From: an uncultured Candidatus Saccharibacteria bacterium
GTDB lineage: Bacteria; Patescibacteriota; Minisyncoccia; Phycocordibacterales; UBA9973
Direction of reading: 5' to 3'
DNA length: 64,000 bases
Assembly: GCA_964469225.1 (NCBI GenBank)
Contig: CAYXYC010000001.1
Coordinates: 27,556 to 91,555, forward strand
Under the pieces are notes generated by a model that saw nothing but the letters and a program-made list of their open reading frames with translations, searched no databases and was not told the DNA's origin. Shown piece after piece: positions 38,494 to 47,644 of this stretch. Numbering within the stretch: position 1 is the first letter of the stretch; each line of letters begins with the position of its first letter. The position numbers were made by a program, and so were the translations under genes.

Positions 38494-40896
38494 ATGGCAC
38501 CAAAAGAAGAGAAAAAACGACTTATTTTACTTGATACTCACGCGATTATTCATCGTGCATATCATGCCTTGCCAGAATTTATGAATTCAAAAGGTGAGCC
38601 AACTGGAGCAATTTACGGGCTCGCAACAATGTTGTTTAAAATAATTACAGAGTTATCTCCTGATTATATTATTGCTTGTTATGACTTACCTAAGAAAACA
38701 TTTCGTCACGAAGCGTACGAGGCCTACAAGGCGGGTAGAGCAAAGACAGACGAAGCTCTTGTTGCACAATTAATTCGTTCGCGTGAATTTTTTACTGCGC
38801 TTTCAATTCCTATGTATGAGTGTGAAGGATTTGAGGCGGATGATTTGCTAGGGACAATTGCTACACACATTGTTAAACACAATGAACCAATTGATGTCAT
38901 TATTGCCTCTGGCGATATGGACACACTACAACTTGTTGATGACGATAGGGTACGAGTTTATACCCTCAAAAAAGGAATTAATGACACAATTTTATATAAT
39001 GAGAAAAAGGTTATAGAGAGATTTGGTTTCCCCCCTCTATCATTACCAGACTACAAAGGTCTTCGTGGGGATCCATCGGACAACATTATTGGTATTAAGG
39101 GAATTGGCGAAAAAACAGCAACAACACTTATTCAATCATTTGGAACGATTGAAAAGATGTATGAGGCGATTCAAAAAAGCCCCGAAAGTGTTCGTGGTCT
39201 TGGTATCACAGAGCGTATTTTAAATTTACTAATTGAAGGTAAAGACGAAGCGCTATTTTCAAAAACACTCGCAACAATCAGAAAAGATGCACCTATTCAC
39301 TTTGTACCACCTGCTCGTCCTTGGTACGAAGAATTGCAAAAAGAAACAGTCGTGGAATTTTTCCATAAAATGGAGTTTAAAAGTTTGCAGTCACGGTTTT
39401 TAAATCTTTTGAACGGGACATCTTCTGTTGAAGAAAGGAATGATGATAATAATGATAAAGAGAACGAAGCGCTTTCCAAAGAAGAAGAGTTTATTCTTGA
39501 AAAATCCAAAATCGCGCTCTGGCTTCTTGATTCTGAAAAGACTGATCCGTCACGAGAAGATATTCGTGCCTATACAAAAACATCAGATATTAATGAATCA
39601 CTTCGGATTCTTGAAGTAAAAATTGAAGAACAAAAACTATCGTTTGTTTATAACGAAATAGAGATTCCGCTTATTCCGATTATTCATGAAATGGAAAATA
39701 TCGGTGTGGCGGTTGATACGAAATATCTCGCAAAACTTTCAAAAGATTATCATACTGAATTGTCTATTTTTGAAAAAGAAATTTGGAATTTGGCAGGCAA
39801 AGAATTCAATGTTAATTCCCCTAAACAACTAGGTGAGATTATTTTTGACGACCTCGGTCTTTCAGTAAAGGGCATGAAAAAATCCGCTGGTGGCGCGCGC
39901 TCTACGCGCGAGAGTGAACTTGAAAAATTGCGAGACCTTCATCCGATTATTCCGAAAATTCTTGAGTATCGTGAATTACAAAAACTACTCTCAACATATA
40001 TTGATACGCTTCCAGAAAATGTGGGGACTGATGGCAGGCTTCATGCGCGATTTGTGCAGACAGGAACAACAACCGGCAGATTCTCCTCTAATAATCCAAA
40101 CTTACAAAATATTCCGATTAAATCGGAGCGGGGGAAGAATATTCGGCGAGCATTCGTCGCCGAAAAAGGATTTATGCTCGCTTCGTTTGATTATTCCCAA
40201 ATTGAACTTCGTGTCGCAGCGCTCTTGTCGCAGGATGATTATTTCATCAAAGCATTTCGTGAGGGTAAAGATATTCATTCTGTTGTGGCAATGAAAGTAT
40301 TTGGTGTTAGTGAAAAAGAAGTGACTCACGACATGCGTCGTCGTGCGAAAGTAATTAATTTCGGTATTCTCTATGGCATGGGTGTTAATGCTCTCAGACA
40401 AAATCTTGGCAGTGACCGCAAGGAGGCGCAGGAGTTTTATGATAATTATTTTGCTCAATTTCCAACTATTGCTGATTATCTTGAAAGTATAAAAAATTTT
40501 GCTAAAAAAAATGGCTACACAGAAACACTCTTTGGTCGCAAGCGATATTTCCCGGGAATAAAATCCTCAATTCCATTTATGCGGGCAATGGCCGAGAGAA
40601 TGGCGACCAATGCACCGATTCAAGGTACAGCAACTGCTGATATTATAAAAATAGGCATGAAGCGCGCCCACGACGAACTTGAAAAAGCTGGTATTTTGGA
40701 AGATGTTCGTCTTGTTCTCCAGGTTCACGACGAATTAGTTTATGAAATTAAAGAAAGTGCCCTTTCTAAAGCACAGGAAATTATTGCACAAGCAATGAAA
40801 AATGCTATCCCATCTATGTTTTTGGCAAATCTTGAGCCCGTGCCACTTCAGGTGTCATCTGATTCTGGCCGGAATTGGGGTGAAATGAAAGAATAG
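38494..40896 (+). CDS. polA: DNA polymerase I (5'-3' exonuclease plus polymerase; 3'-5' exonuclease domain reduced)
   Basis: RAYHALP, EADD, GDPSDNI.GI.GIG.KTA, TGRFSS.NPNLQNIP, DYSQIELR, QVHDEL. Confidence 0.96.
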   Translation: MAPKEEKKRLILLDTHAIIHRAYHALPEFMNSKGEPTGAIYGLATMLFKIITELSPDYIIACYDLPKKTFRHEAYEAYKAGRAKTDEALVAQLIRSREFFTALSIPMYECEGFEADDLLGTIATHIVKHNEPIDVIIASGDMDTLQLVDDDRVRVYTLKKGINDTILYNEKKVIERFGFPPLSLPDYKGLRGDPSDNIIGIKGIGEKTATTLIQSFGTIEKMYEAIQKSPESVRGLGITERILNLLIEGKDEALFSKTLATIRKDAPIHFVPPARPWYEELQKETVVEFFHKMEFKSLQSRFLNLLNGTSSVEERNDDNNDKENEALSKEEEFILEKSKIALWLLDSEKTDPSREDIRAYTKTSDINESLRILEVKIEEQKLSFVYNEIEIPLIPIIHEMENIGVAVDTKYLAKLSKDYHTELSIFEKEIWNLAGKEFNVNSPKQLGEIIFDDLGLSVKGMKKSAGGARSTRESELEKLRDLHPIIPKILEYRELQKLLSTYIDTLPENVGTDGRLHARFVQTGTTTGRFSSNNPNLQNIPIKSERGKNIRRAFVAEKGFMLASFDYSQIELRVAALLSQDDYFIKAFREGKDIHSVVAMKVFGVSEKEVTHDMRRRAKVINFGILYGMGVNALRQNLGSDRKEAQEFYDNYFAQFPTIADYLESIKNFAKKNGYTETLFGRKRYFPGIKSSIPFMRAMAERMATNAPIQGTATADIIKIGMKRAHDELEKAGILEDVRLVLQVHDELVYEIKESALSKAQEIIAQAMKNAIPSMFLANLEPVPLQVSSDSGRNWGEMKE

Positions 40897-40929
40897 CCAA
40901 AGGTTATATTTGTGTTACGATACATCTAT

Positions 40930-41430
40930 ATGAACAATCTTGAACAGGTAAAAAAAGACAGTATAAATCTTGCTGGTGGGGCGGTGCATTTTGTGCTCTC
41001 TCATTCATATATAATGTTTCTCGTAGCAATTGTTGTTGGGATAATTCTTCAAATGTTTGTTCCGATTACTTTGTTTGGCAATGGAATTTCATCGTATGTT
41101 GGACTCGGGATGATTATTCTAGGGTCAATGCTAATTTATTGGGCACAATCATCATCACACCAAAGTGAGGCTAGAATGAGAAAAGAGGGAACCCCCCGAG
41201 TTTTTGATCATGGTCCATACAAGTACAGCCGAAACCCAACTCACATTGGTTTATCAGTTATGACAATTGGACTTGGAGTAGTACTTAATTCATTTTTTAT
41301 TTTTATTTTACTTATCATTGCTTCGCTAATTTCAAAATTCATTTTCTTAAAAAAGGAAGAAGCAATTCTCGAAGAAAAATACGGTGAGCCATATCGAGAA
41401 TACAAGCAAAAGGTTCACACATGGGTATGA
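40930..41430 (+). CDS. Isoprenylcysteine carboxyl methyltransferase / PEMT-family membrane protein
   Basis: GPYKYSRNP.H, EE..L...YGE.Y.EY...V..W. Confidence 0.85.
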   Translation: MNNLEQVKKDSINLAGGAVHFVLSHSYIMFLVAIVVGIILQMFVPITLFGNGISSYVGLGMIILGSMLIYWAQSSSHQSEARMRKEGTPRVFDHGPYKYSRNPTHIGLSVMTIGLGVVLNSFFIFILLIIASLISKFIFLKKEEAILEEKYGEPYREYKQKVHTWV

Positions 41431-41431
41431 T

Positions 41432-41567
41432 CCCGCCTGAGACCCTGCCTTTGCCGGCAGGCGCGGTCACGGTTTACTAAATACGGGTACACATATAATT
41501 ATTTACTTATTTTTATAGCACAGTAGAACGGTTCACTACATACGGACCGCGACCTGTCTCTAACAGG
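41432..41567. mobile_element. Putative non-autonomous 136-bp relative of the GIY-YIG element; flanking direct repeat ATGAT
   Basis: ATGAT(41427-31) cccgcctgagac ... gtctctaacagg ATGAT(41568-72); inner cgcggtc/gaccgcg inverted pair. Confidence 0.55.
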
Positions 41568-42203
41568 ATGATATATATTCTTGCTGGTACTGACACAAAA
41601 AAGAAAAACAAAGAAGAGCAATCGCTTGTAGGCAATCGCGAGCGTATTGCGCTATCGCTATCACTTGTATCAAAACAGGCGCTTGAAGAATATGCGTCAT
41701 CAAAAAGTTTGTTTGGCGAATCACCAGTTGTTGTGCTTGAAAATATATTTGCCGAGACCGACTTTTTTGCAAATGCGAAAGACCTAGAAATGCTCGCCGA
41801 ATCAGAAACACTTTTTATTTTTAACGAAGATTCATTCCTCGTTTCTGCCGAAAAGAAATATCAAAAATATGCAAAAACAATTCGCTTTGATTCTGTAAAA
41901 GAAAAAAATGCACCCAAAATTGATCCATTTAAGGTTGCAAATCTTTTTGCCAAGAGAGACAAAATTGGTGCATGGACGGCACTTGTTGAATCACTAGAAG
42001 CCGGCACTCCACCAGAATCAATATCAGGAACTCTTTTTTGGAAAATTAAAACAATGATTCTCTCGGGTGCGCGTACATTCTCTCGTGAAGAGCTTGTTGG
42101 ATTTTCATCTCTTCTAGTTGCTCTGTATCACGATGCACACAGTGGAAAACAAGATTTTGCTATTGGACTTGAAAAATTTGTTCTCTCAACTCTTGCGAAA
42201 TAA
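41568..42203 (+). CDS. holA: Short DNA polymerase III delta subunit (HolA-like)
   Basis: MIYIL.G.D, SLFG...VV, F...........AW......G..PE.I.G.LFW pattern. Confidence 0.65.
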   Translation: MIYILAGTDTKKKNKEEQSLVGNRERIALSLSLVSKQALEEYASSKSLFGESPVVVLENIFAETDFFANAKDLEMLAESETLFIFNEDSFLVSAEKKYQKYAKTIRFDSVKEKNAPKIDPFKVANLFAKRDKIGAWTALVESLEAGTPPESISGTLFWKIKTMILSGARTFSREELVGFSSLLVALYHDAHSGKQDFAIGLEKFVLSTLAK

Positions 42204-42683
42204 TTACGGACGAAGAATACGGAATAACGCTATTCCGGTTGCAACAGAAACATTGAGCGATTCTTTTTTTCCGTGCATTGGTATTTCAGCAATAATGTCG
42301 CACATATTTAAAATAGGCTTCGAAATACCTTCAACCTCTCTACCTATGATAAACACCATTTTATTTTGTGTTTTTATTTTTCGATAATCAATCGCGCGAG
42401 TGTCTTGTTCAAGTGCAATGATGGTAAATCCTTCTTTTTTGAGCGTGCGAAGAAATGGAGTGGTTGTCTTTTTGTATTCCCATGGAATTGTCTTTTCGGC
42501 ACCAAGCGCACTTTTAGCAATATCTTTTTGAATACGATTAAATTTGTCTGTTGGACGGGGCGTGTATCCAGTAAGATATATTTTTGAAATACCCACAGCA
42601 TCAGCAGTACGGAATATTGCCCCGACATTCACCGCACTGCGAATATCAGGGAGGACAAGAATTGATTCTGTTTTTTTATTCAT
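42204..42683 (-). CDS. TrmH/SpoU-family RNA methyltransferase
   Basis: DIRS..NVGAIFRTAD, G.EVEGI, IPM.G.KESLNVSVA. Confidence 0.9.
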   Translation of the reverse strand: MNKKTESILVLPDIRSAVNVGAIFRTADAVGISKIYLTGYTPRPTDKFNRIQKDIAKSALGAEKTIPWEYKKTTTPFLRTLKKEGFTIIALEQDTRAIDYRKIKTQNKMVFIIGREVEGISKPILNMCDIIAEIPMHGKKESLNVSVATGIALFRILRP

Positions 42684-42687
42684 GTTG

Positions 42688-42760
42688 TGCGCCCGGTAGG
42701 AATCGAACCTACGACCATCTCCTTAAAAGGGAGCTGCTCTACCGACTGAGCTACGAGGGC
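42688..42760 (-). tRNA. tRNA-Lys(UUU)
   Basis: GCCCTCGTAGCTCAGTCGGTAGAGC...loop CT-TTT-AA...GGTTCGATTCC...GGGCGCA. Confidence 0.9.
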
Positions 42761-43059
42761 ATTGGGGTTCTCAAAAAATACCATATTATATAAAGAAAAT
42801 CAATTTATCCACACATTGGCTTTGCGGGAGGGGTTTATTGGGGTGTATACTATAAGTAAGTTAGTCGTAACCGTTTCAAATCTCACCCAGATAGAGGGGT
42901 AATAATAGGAAACAGGAATACACACCATTAGTTCATTATGTGTGTCATCGTCATTATTTAATGATACACCGTTCTTTCGTTTTTAAATAGGCAAAGGCCT
43001 AGGAGCAAGTTCTCGAATATCGAGAGTTCACTCCTGGGCCTTTTCTTTTTGCCAATTTA

Positions 43060-43260
43060 TTAGTTTCCAATTAAATCAGTTGGTCCATATACTTGCCCTG
43101 GATTTTCTGTGTCTGTATATGGTTTTATAAATGGACGATCGGAACTACTGTTTTCCTGACCGCCAGTAAGAAGCCATAAGAAAAAAAGCACACCAAGAAA
43201 GATAAGAAGCAATTTACCTAATTCCATATTTTCTAAAAAATTTCCTCCTCCGTGTCCCAT
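43060..43260 (-). CDS. Small single-TM hypothetical protein
   Basis: ATG start, hydrophobic helix, LW..TGG motif; follows mutM. Confidence 0.6.
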   Translation of the reverse strand: MGHGGGNFLENMELGKLLLIFLGVLFFLWLLTGGQENSSSDRPFIKPYTDTENPGQVYGPTDLIGN

Positions 43261-43275
43261 ATAATTATTTTAAAA

Positions 43276-44247
43276 TTATTTGAATAATAGTTGATGAACA
43301 GAGCAGAAATGCGCGCTCCGTCCATCAATGACTTTTCGTAGTATAACACCTTTGCACTGTGTCTCGCCACGGCGTGGGCCTCGCTTGCCACAAGGTTCTT
43401 TTGTTTTGCGATACGCATTATGATGTAGCTGGAATTGTCCCCGTTTTCCATTTATGTCTCTATAATCAGACATTGAGTCTCCACCAAAATCTATACCTTT
43501 TGCAAGAACATTTAGCACTCCCTCATAGAGTGCTTTTTGTTTGGCGAGGGGGATGTGAGCCATTTTAGATTCTGGGTGAATACAAGCGAGCCAGAGCGCT
43601 TCGTCAGAATAGATGTTGCCAATACCAGCAATATTTGTCTGATCCATAAGTGCCGTTTTGATCGCCTTATTTGGTTTTCGTAATAATCGCGCTCGGAAGA
43701 TTTCAAAAGTGAAATTTTTGTCGAGTGGCTCAGGACCTAGACCTTCTAGGTGTGTCGTTTCGTGTGCAGTATCGGTATCGAGCAATGTCACCTTGCCGAA
43801 TTTTCTTGAATCACAAAATGCGAGGTGTTTGCCATTCGAAAGTGTGAATACGACATGAATAAATCTATTGAATGGGTCGTGGAATGCTTCGCGTTCGTCA
43901 GGTGCTGGTGTCCACTTATTTTCTTTTTTATTAAATACATAGTTTCCGTAGAGTAGGTGACCGGTCATTTTCAAGTGAACGAGAATTGTTCTTGCCCGTC
44001 CAGATTTATCTGCTTTAGAGTAGAGATTAATCAAAATATTTTTTGCTCGGCGTTCAACATTTTTCACCTTTGCCCCAACAATTTCCTTTTTGAATTTTTT
44101 ATAAAAAACCTCATCTTTGATTGTCTCGCGGAATTGTTTGATTGGATTTTTTCGTGCGAGGTCAGTCCAGACATCAGTAAAAGAAAGTCCAGGCAGGACT
44201 TTCTGTAAGCCGTTTACAGTTGTTGTAACTTCCGGTAGTTCAGGCAT
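43276..44247 (-). CDS. mutM: Formamidopyrimidine-DNA glycosylase MutM/Fpg
   Basis: MPELPEV, RRAK, HLKMTG, D.RKFG, LGPEPL, AGIGNIYSDE, C-terminal zinc finger. Confidence 0.95.
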   Translation of the reverse strand: MPELPEVTTTVNGLQKVLPGLSFTDVWTDLARKNPIKQFRETIKDEVFYKKFKKEIVGAKVKNVERRAKNILINLYSKADKSGRARTILVHLKMTGHLLYGNYVFNKKENKWTPAPDEREAFHDPFNRFIHVVFTLSNGKHLAFCDSRKFGKVTLLDTDTAHETTHLEGLGPEPLDKNFTFEIFRARLLRKPNKAIKTALMDQTNIAGIGNIYSDEALWLACIHPESKMAHIPLAKQKALYEGVLNVLAKGIDFGGDSMSDYRDINGKRGQFQLHHNAYRKTKEPCGKRGPRRGETQCKGVILRKVIDGRSAHFCSVHQLLFK

Positions 44248-44248
44248 A

Positions 44249-44827
44249 TTATTTCCCTCCTAAAATTTTGAGTGCTTCTTTGATGCGGGCATTTGTTCCT
44301 TCGACAGAAGGGGATATTTGTTTTAGTGCGTCACGAGCTTCGTTTTGTGAATAGCCGAGTGCTTTGAGTGCTTCGATAATATCACTTTCTTCTCGAAGCA
44401 CACCAGGTGTGTGACTGCCACCAGTATGTGCTTTTAATTTATCACGAAGTTCTAGGACTATTTTGTCTGCTGTTTTTCTACCAATGCCAGAAACTTTATT
44501 TAGATAACTTGTATCACCAGTTGCAATGGCTTTCTTTAGGGTATCGAGTGAGGCGACGGTGAGTATTGAGAGGGCAGATTTTGGTCCAATACCAGAGACA
44601 TCAAGGAGAAGTTCAAAGAATGACAATTCATCTATTGTAGGGAATCCATAGAGGTCGAGAGAATTTTCACGGACAGCTGTGTATGTCCAAAGTGCGACTG
44701 TGTCACCCATGCCGTATGCCCCCATGGTGTCAGTTGTGATAAATACTTTATATCCAACACCACTAACATCAATGACAAAAAACTTATCAGTCGTGTAAAT
44801 AATAGTGCCTTCAATTCGTGAAATCAT
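44249..44827 (-). CDS. ruvA: Holliday junction DNA-binding protein RuvA
   Basis: V.GVGY, LYGF, VSGIGPK.AL, GIG.KTA..I..EL, AL..LGY. Confidence 0.95.
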   Translation of the reverse strand: MISRIEGTIIYTTDKFFVIDVSGVGYKVFITTDTMGAYGMGDTVALWTYTAVRENSLDLYGFPTIDELSFFELLLDVSGIGPKSALSILTVASLDTLKKAIATGDTSYLNKVSGIGRKTADKIVLELRDKLKAHTGGSHTPGVLREESDIIEALKALGYSQNEARDALKQISPSVEGTNARIKEALKILGGK

Positions 44828-44984
44828 GTGTATAGTATACTCGTTTTTTGATAATTTTGAGAGCGTTTACTTTTGTGATTTTTTCTGGTATTATAACCCT
44901 GTTCGGTTCTGCCGTGTCTCGGCGTTTCTGAATTACAAAATCCTGTTTAAAAATGTAGATTTATAAAATTAAAAATTTTACCTT

Positions 44985-45239
44985 ATGCCAATTACACAAT
45001 CAGCAAAAAAGGCGCTTCGTGGCTCGCTTCGAAAGAAAGCAGTCAATGACCGCCGAAAGAAGATAATGAAGGATTCAATCAAGAAGATTGAAAAACTCGT
45101 CAAAGAAAAGAAAAAAGATGAAGCAAAGAAACTTCTCTCGTCTACATACAGTACAATCGACAAAGCAGCGAAGAAGGGTATTATAAAGAAAAACAATGCT
45201 TCTCGCAAAAAATCTCGTCTTTCAAAAATCACAAAGTAA
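44985..45239 (+). CDS. rpsT: 30S ribosomal protein S20
   Basis: MPITQSAKK, IDKAAKKG.IKKN.ASRKKSRL. Confidence 0.95.
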   Translation: MPITQSAKKALRGSLRKKAVNDRRKKIMKDSIKKIEKLVKEKKKDEAKKLLSSTYSTIDKAAKKGIIKKNNASRKKSRLSKITK

Positions 45240-45299
45240 TCAAAACCCCGACCAATGTCGGGGTTTTGATTTGTGTTTATTGCGTGGCATAATCAATAT

Positions 45300-45572
45300 A
45301 TGAAACAAGGAGAACTGTTTTTCTTTTACGGCGAAGAATGCCCGCACTGTAAAAAAATGGAGGCGTATGTTGACCAACTTATTGGGGAAGGTTTTCTGAT
45401 ACAGAAAGTTGAATGTTGGCACAACAAGGCAAATGAAGAAATGTTTGTTGAAATGGATTGCGAGGATGAACCATGCGGTGGAGTGCCTTTTTTTGTAAAC
45501 AAAAAGACCAAGAAAACAGTTTGTGGGGAAGTGTCATACGAAGAACTTAAAGCATGGGCAGGAGGTGAATAA
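45300..45572 (+). CDS. Thioredoxin/glutaredoxin-like protein
   Basis: FYG.ECPHC, CGGVPFF; ATG at 45300. Confidence 0.8.
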   Translation: MKQGELFFFYGEECPHCKKMEAYVDQLIGEGFLIQKVECWHNKANEEMFVEMDCEDEPCGGVPFFVNKKTKKTVCGEVSYEELKAWAGGE

Positions 45573-45619
45573 TGTGTTGCGAAATGGGTTTGCATAGTGT
45601 AGATTGTGTTGGTGTAATT

Positions 45620-45691
45620 GGTCCCGTCGTTCAATGGATAGGACGTAACTTTGCGGAAGTTATGATGCAGGTTCGATTCCTGCCGGGATCA
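45620..45691 (+). tRNA. tRNA-Arg(GCG)
   Basis: GGTCCCG...TAACT-TT-GCG-GA-AGTTA...GGTTCGATTCC...CGGGATC-A. Confidence 0.88.
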
Positions 45692-47180
45692 CCCCATAGG
45701 AATTAGAGGTCAGAAATGTCTCTTTTACTTTGAAAAGACTACATATTTCTGCGGTTCGAAATTTTTCTCCGTCAAAGGTGATACCTTTTGGAAAATCGAA
45801 CCACTGTAACTGAATTTTTTCATTCGGTTCTGCTAAAGCCCATGTATTACCAGGGTTTTTTAGGAAGTCGGCAATAAAATCGAGCATGGCTTCAATCCCA
45901 ACAAATTCCTGTGACGAACCTGTTATGGCCGCATTTGCTTTCAGCAGTTCTGATTCTATATACCCCAATTGTTCACGCAAAATACTATCGGTAATTACTC
46001 CGTCAAGGTTTTTCTGAATGAGTATTCTTTGTTTTTGCTTCAGGTTGCTGATATGTTGTTCAAGTTGCTTCGATTCCTTTTGCTCGGTTTCCTGTTCCCC
46101 GATGAGGTGTTTTTTAATAAGTTTGTAGAACTTGTCATAATGCTTGTCATTCAGACTAAACTTGTTTAAAAAACTTTTAAATTCATTCTCGAATGTTTCT
46201 TTTCTAAAGTTAGCAAATTTGATATGTAGGAAACGGTAATATGGATACATGGTGCTTCTGCCTTTAGCCCAACAACCCGTCAACTTGGTGCCTGTTGAAT
46301 GACTAACAAATCGCCTTAATGGAAAGTCAGGGTGTTCGGTCAGATACTTGAAATTTCTACGGGTACGATGTTTGACTACTTGCTGTACCTGTTCGAATAA
46401 TTCCTCAGAGATAATTGGTTCATACAATCCTTTGTGCCGTTCTCCAAACTTCACTATCCATCCGGCATAAACTTCATTTCTGAGCATCATATAGAAATAT
46501 GATTTAACAATAGGCTTGCCGTTTCTGCTTTTTAATTCTTCTCGTATGGCCCATCTGTATATTTCTTCCACTGGAACGATATTTTGGGCGACTTGCTTAA
46601 ACACTTTTCGGACAAGTGGAGCAGTATCATTAGGAGCAATAGTAGCCTTGCCGTTAATCCTGCGGATATTGTCATATCCCACCGGGGCCATCCATACATA
46701 GCGACCTTCGCGCATTGCATCTTTCATTCCTTCAGAACATCGTTCAGCTCGTACCTCGTTATCAAACTGTCCGATACTGGAAATCATATTTTCCATTAAT
46801 CGGCCTGCCGGAGTATCTTCAATATGTTCAGTAGCAGATTCAACACCGACTCCATAGTTTTTTAAAATAATTTTCAAATGCCCATAGTCGTAATTCTGTC
46901 GTGAAAAACGGTCAATCTTATAAAAAATCACTGCACTGATGCGGTTTTTTGACAATGCACAATAATGAAGCAACCGTTGTAGTTCTGTACGGTTTTGAGT
47001 CTTGGCACTTTCTCCCTTTTCAAGAAAAATCTCAGCCACGTCATATCCATTTTTGAGAGCATATTCTTTACAAATACGTTCCTGCGAACTGAGACTATTC
47101 CCGTCATCAACTTGCTCCTTTGTCGATAGCCGGACACGATTTTTACATCCTGTCCGGTTTTTTATATACCCACAATTCAT
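45660..47180 (-). CDS. Large serine recombinase (resolvase + recombinase + coiled coil); C-terminus runs into tRNA-Arg antisense
   Basis: RLSTKEQ, ESAK...R.EL, KIDRFSR, G.....AP.GY, HKG.YEPIISEELF..VQ; likely ATG at 47180. Confidence 0.9.
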   Translation of the reverse strand: MNCGYIKNRTGCKNRVRLSTKEQVDDGNSLSSQERICKEYALKNGYDVAEIFLEKGESAKTQNRTELQRLLHYCALSKNRISAVIFYKIDRFSRQNYDYGHLKIILKNYGVGVESATEHIEDTPAGRLMENMISSIGQFDNEVRAERCSEGMKDAMREGRYVWMAPVGYDNIRRINGKATIAPNDTAPLVRKVFKQVAQNIVPVEEIYRWAIREELKSRNGKPIVKSYFYMMLRNEVYAGWIVKFGERHKGLYEPIISEELFEQVQQVVKHRTRRNFKYLTEHPDFPLRRFVSHSTGTKLTGCWAKGRSTMYPYYRFLHIKFANFRKETFENEFKSFLNKFSLNDKHYDKFYKLIKKHLIGEQETEQKESKQLEQHISNLKQKQRILIQKNLDGVITDSILREQLGYIESELLKANAAITGSSQEFVGIEAMLDFIADFLKNPGNTWALAEPNEKIQLQWFDFPKGITFDGEKFRTAEICSLFKVKETFLTSNSYGVIPAGIEPAS

Positions 47181-47644
47181 CCAACCACGTATTATTAACT
47201 GTAAAATCACATTCAAAGAGAGCACTACTAGAGCGCAACATTTCATTTACAGGACAATCTTAAATAATACGATATGGTAAAACACACAATAGATATACTA
47301 CGGGACAAATAAAAAGAGGGGCCAACCCGTAGATTGAACCCCACCTTTGTAAAATTTTGCATTTACTTGAATCAAAGGAACTTGTAAATCCGATTCGTGT
47401 AAATTTTATCAAAGTAAAGCAATTCTTGCAAATTATCCAATAGGTGGGTTCAGATATGGCAGGGTTCCCTGCGGATGATCGTTCTTAGAGAGCGACCACC
47501 ATCCCATATTGCAAAGCTTCTTTTCTCAGAGTGCTTTCCGGCACCCTGTGTGTCATCAGTATTTCTGATACTGGTGGCGTGCGATGTAACCTGTCAGTCG
47601 GTATTTCAGTTCAGATTTTTAACAAATTTTTAAATAGTAATTAA

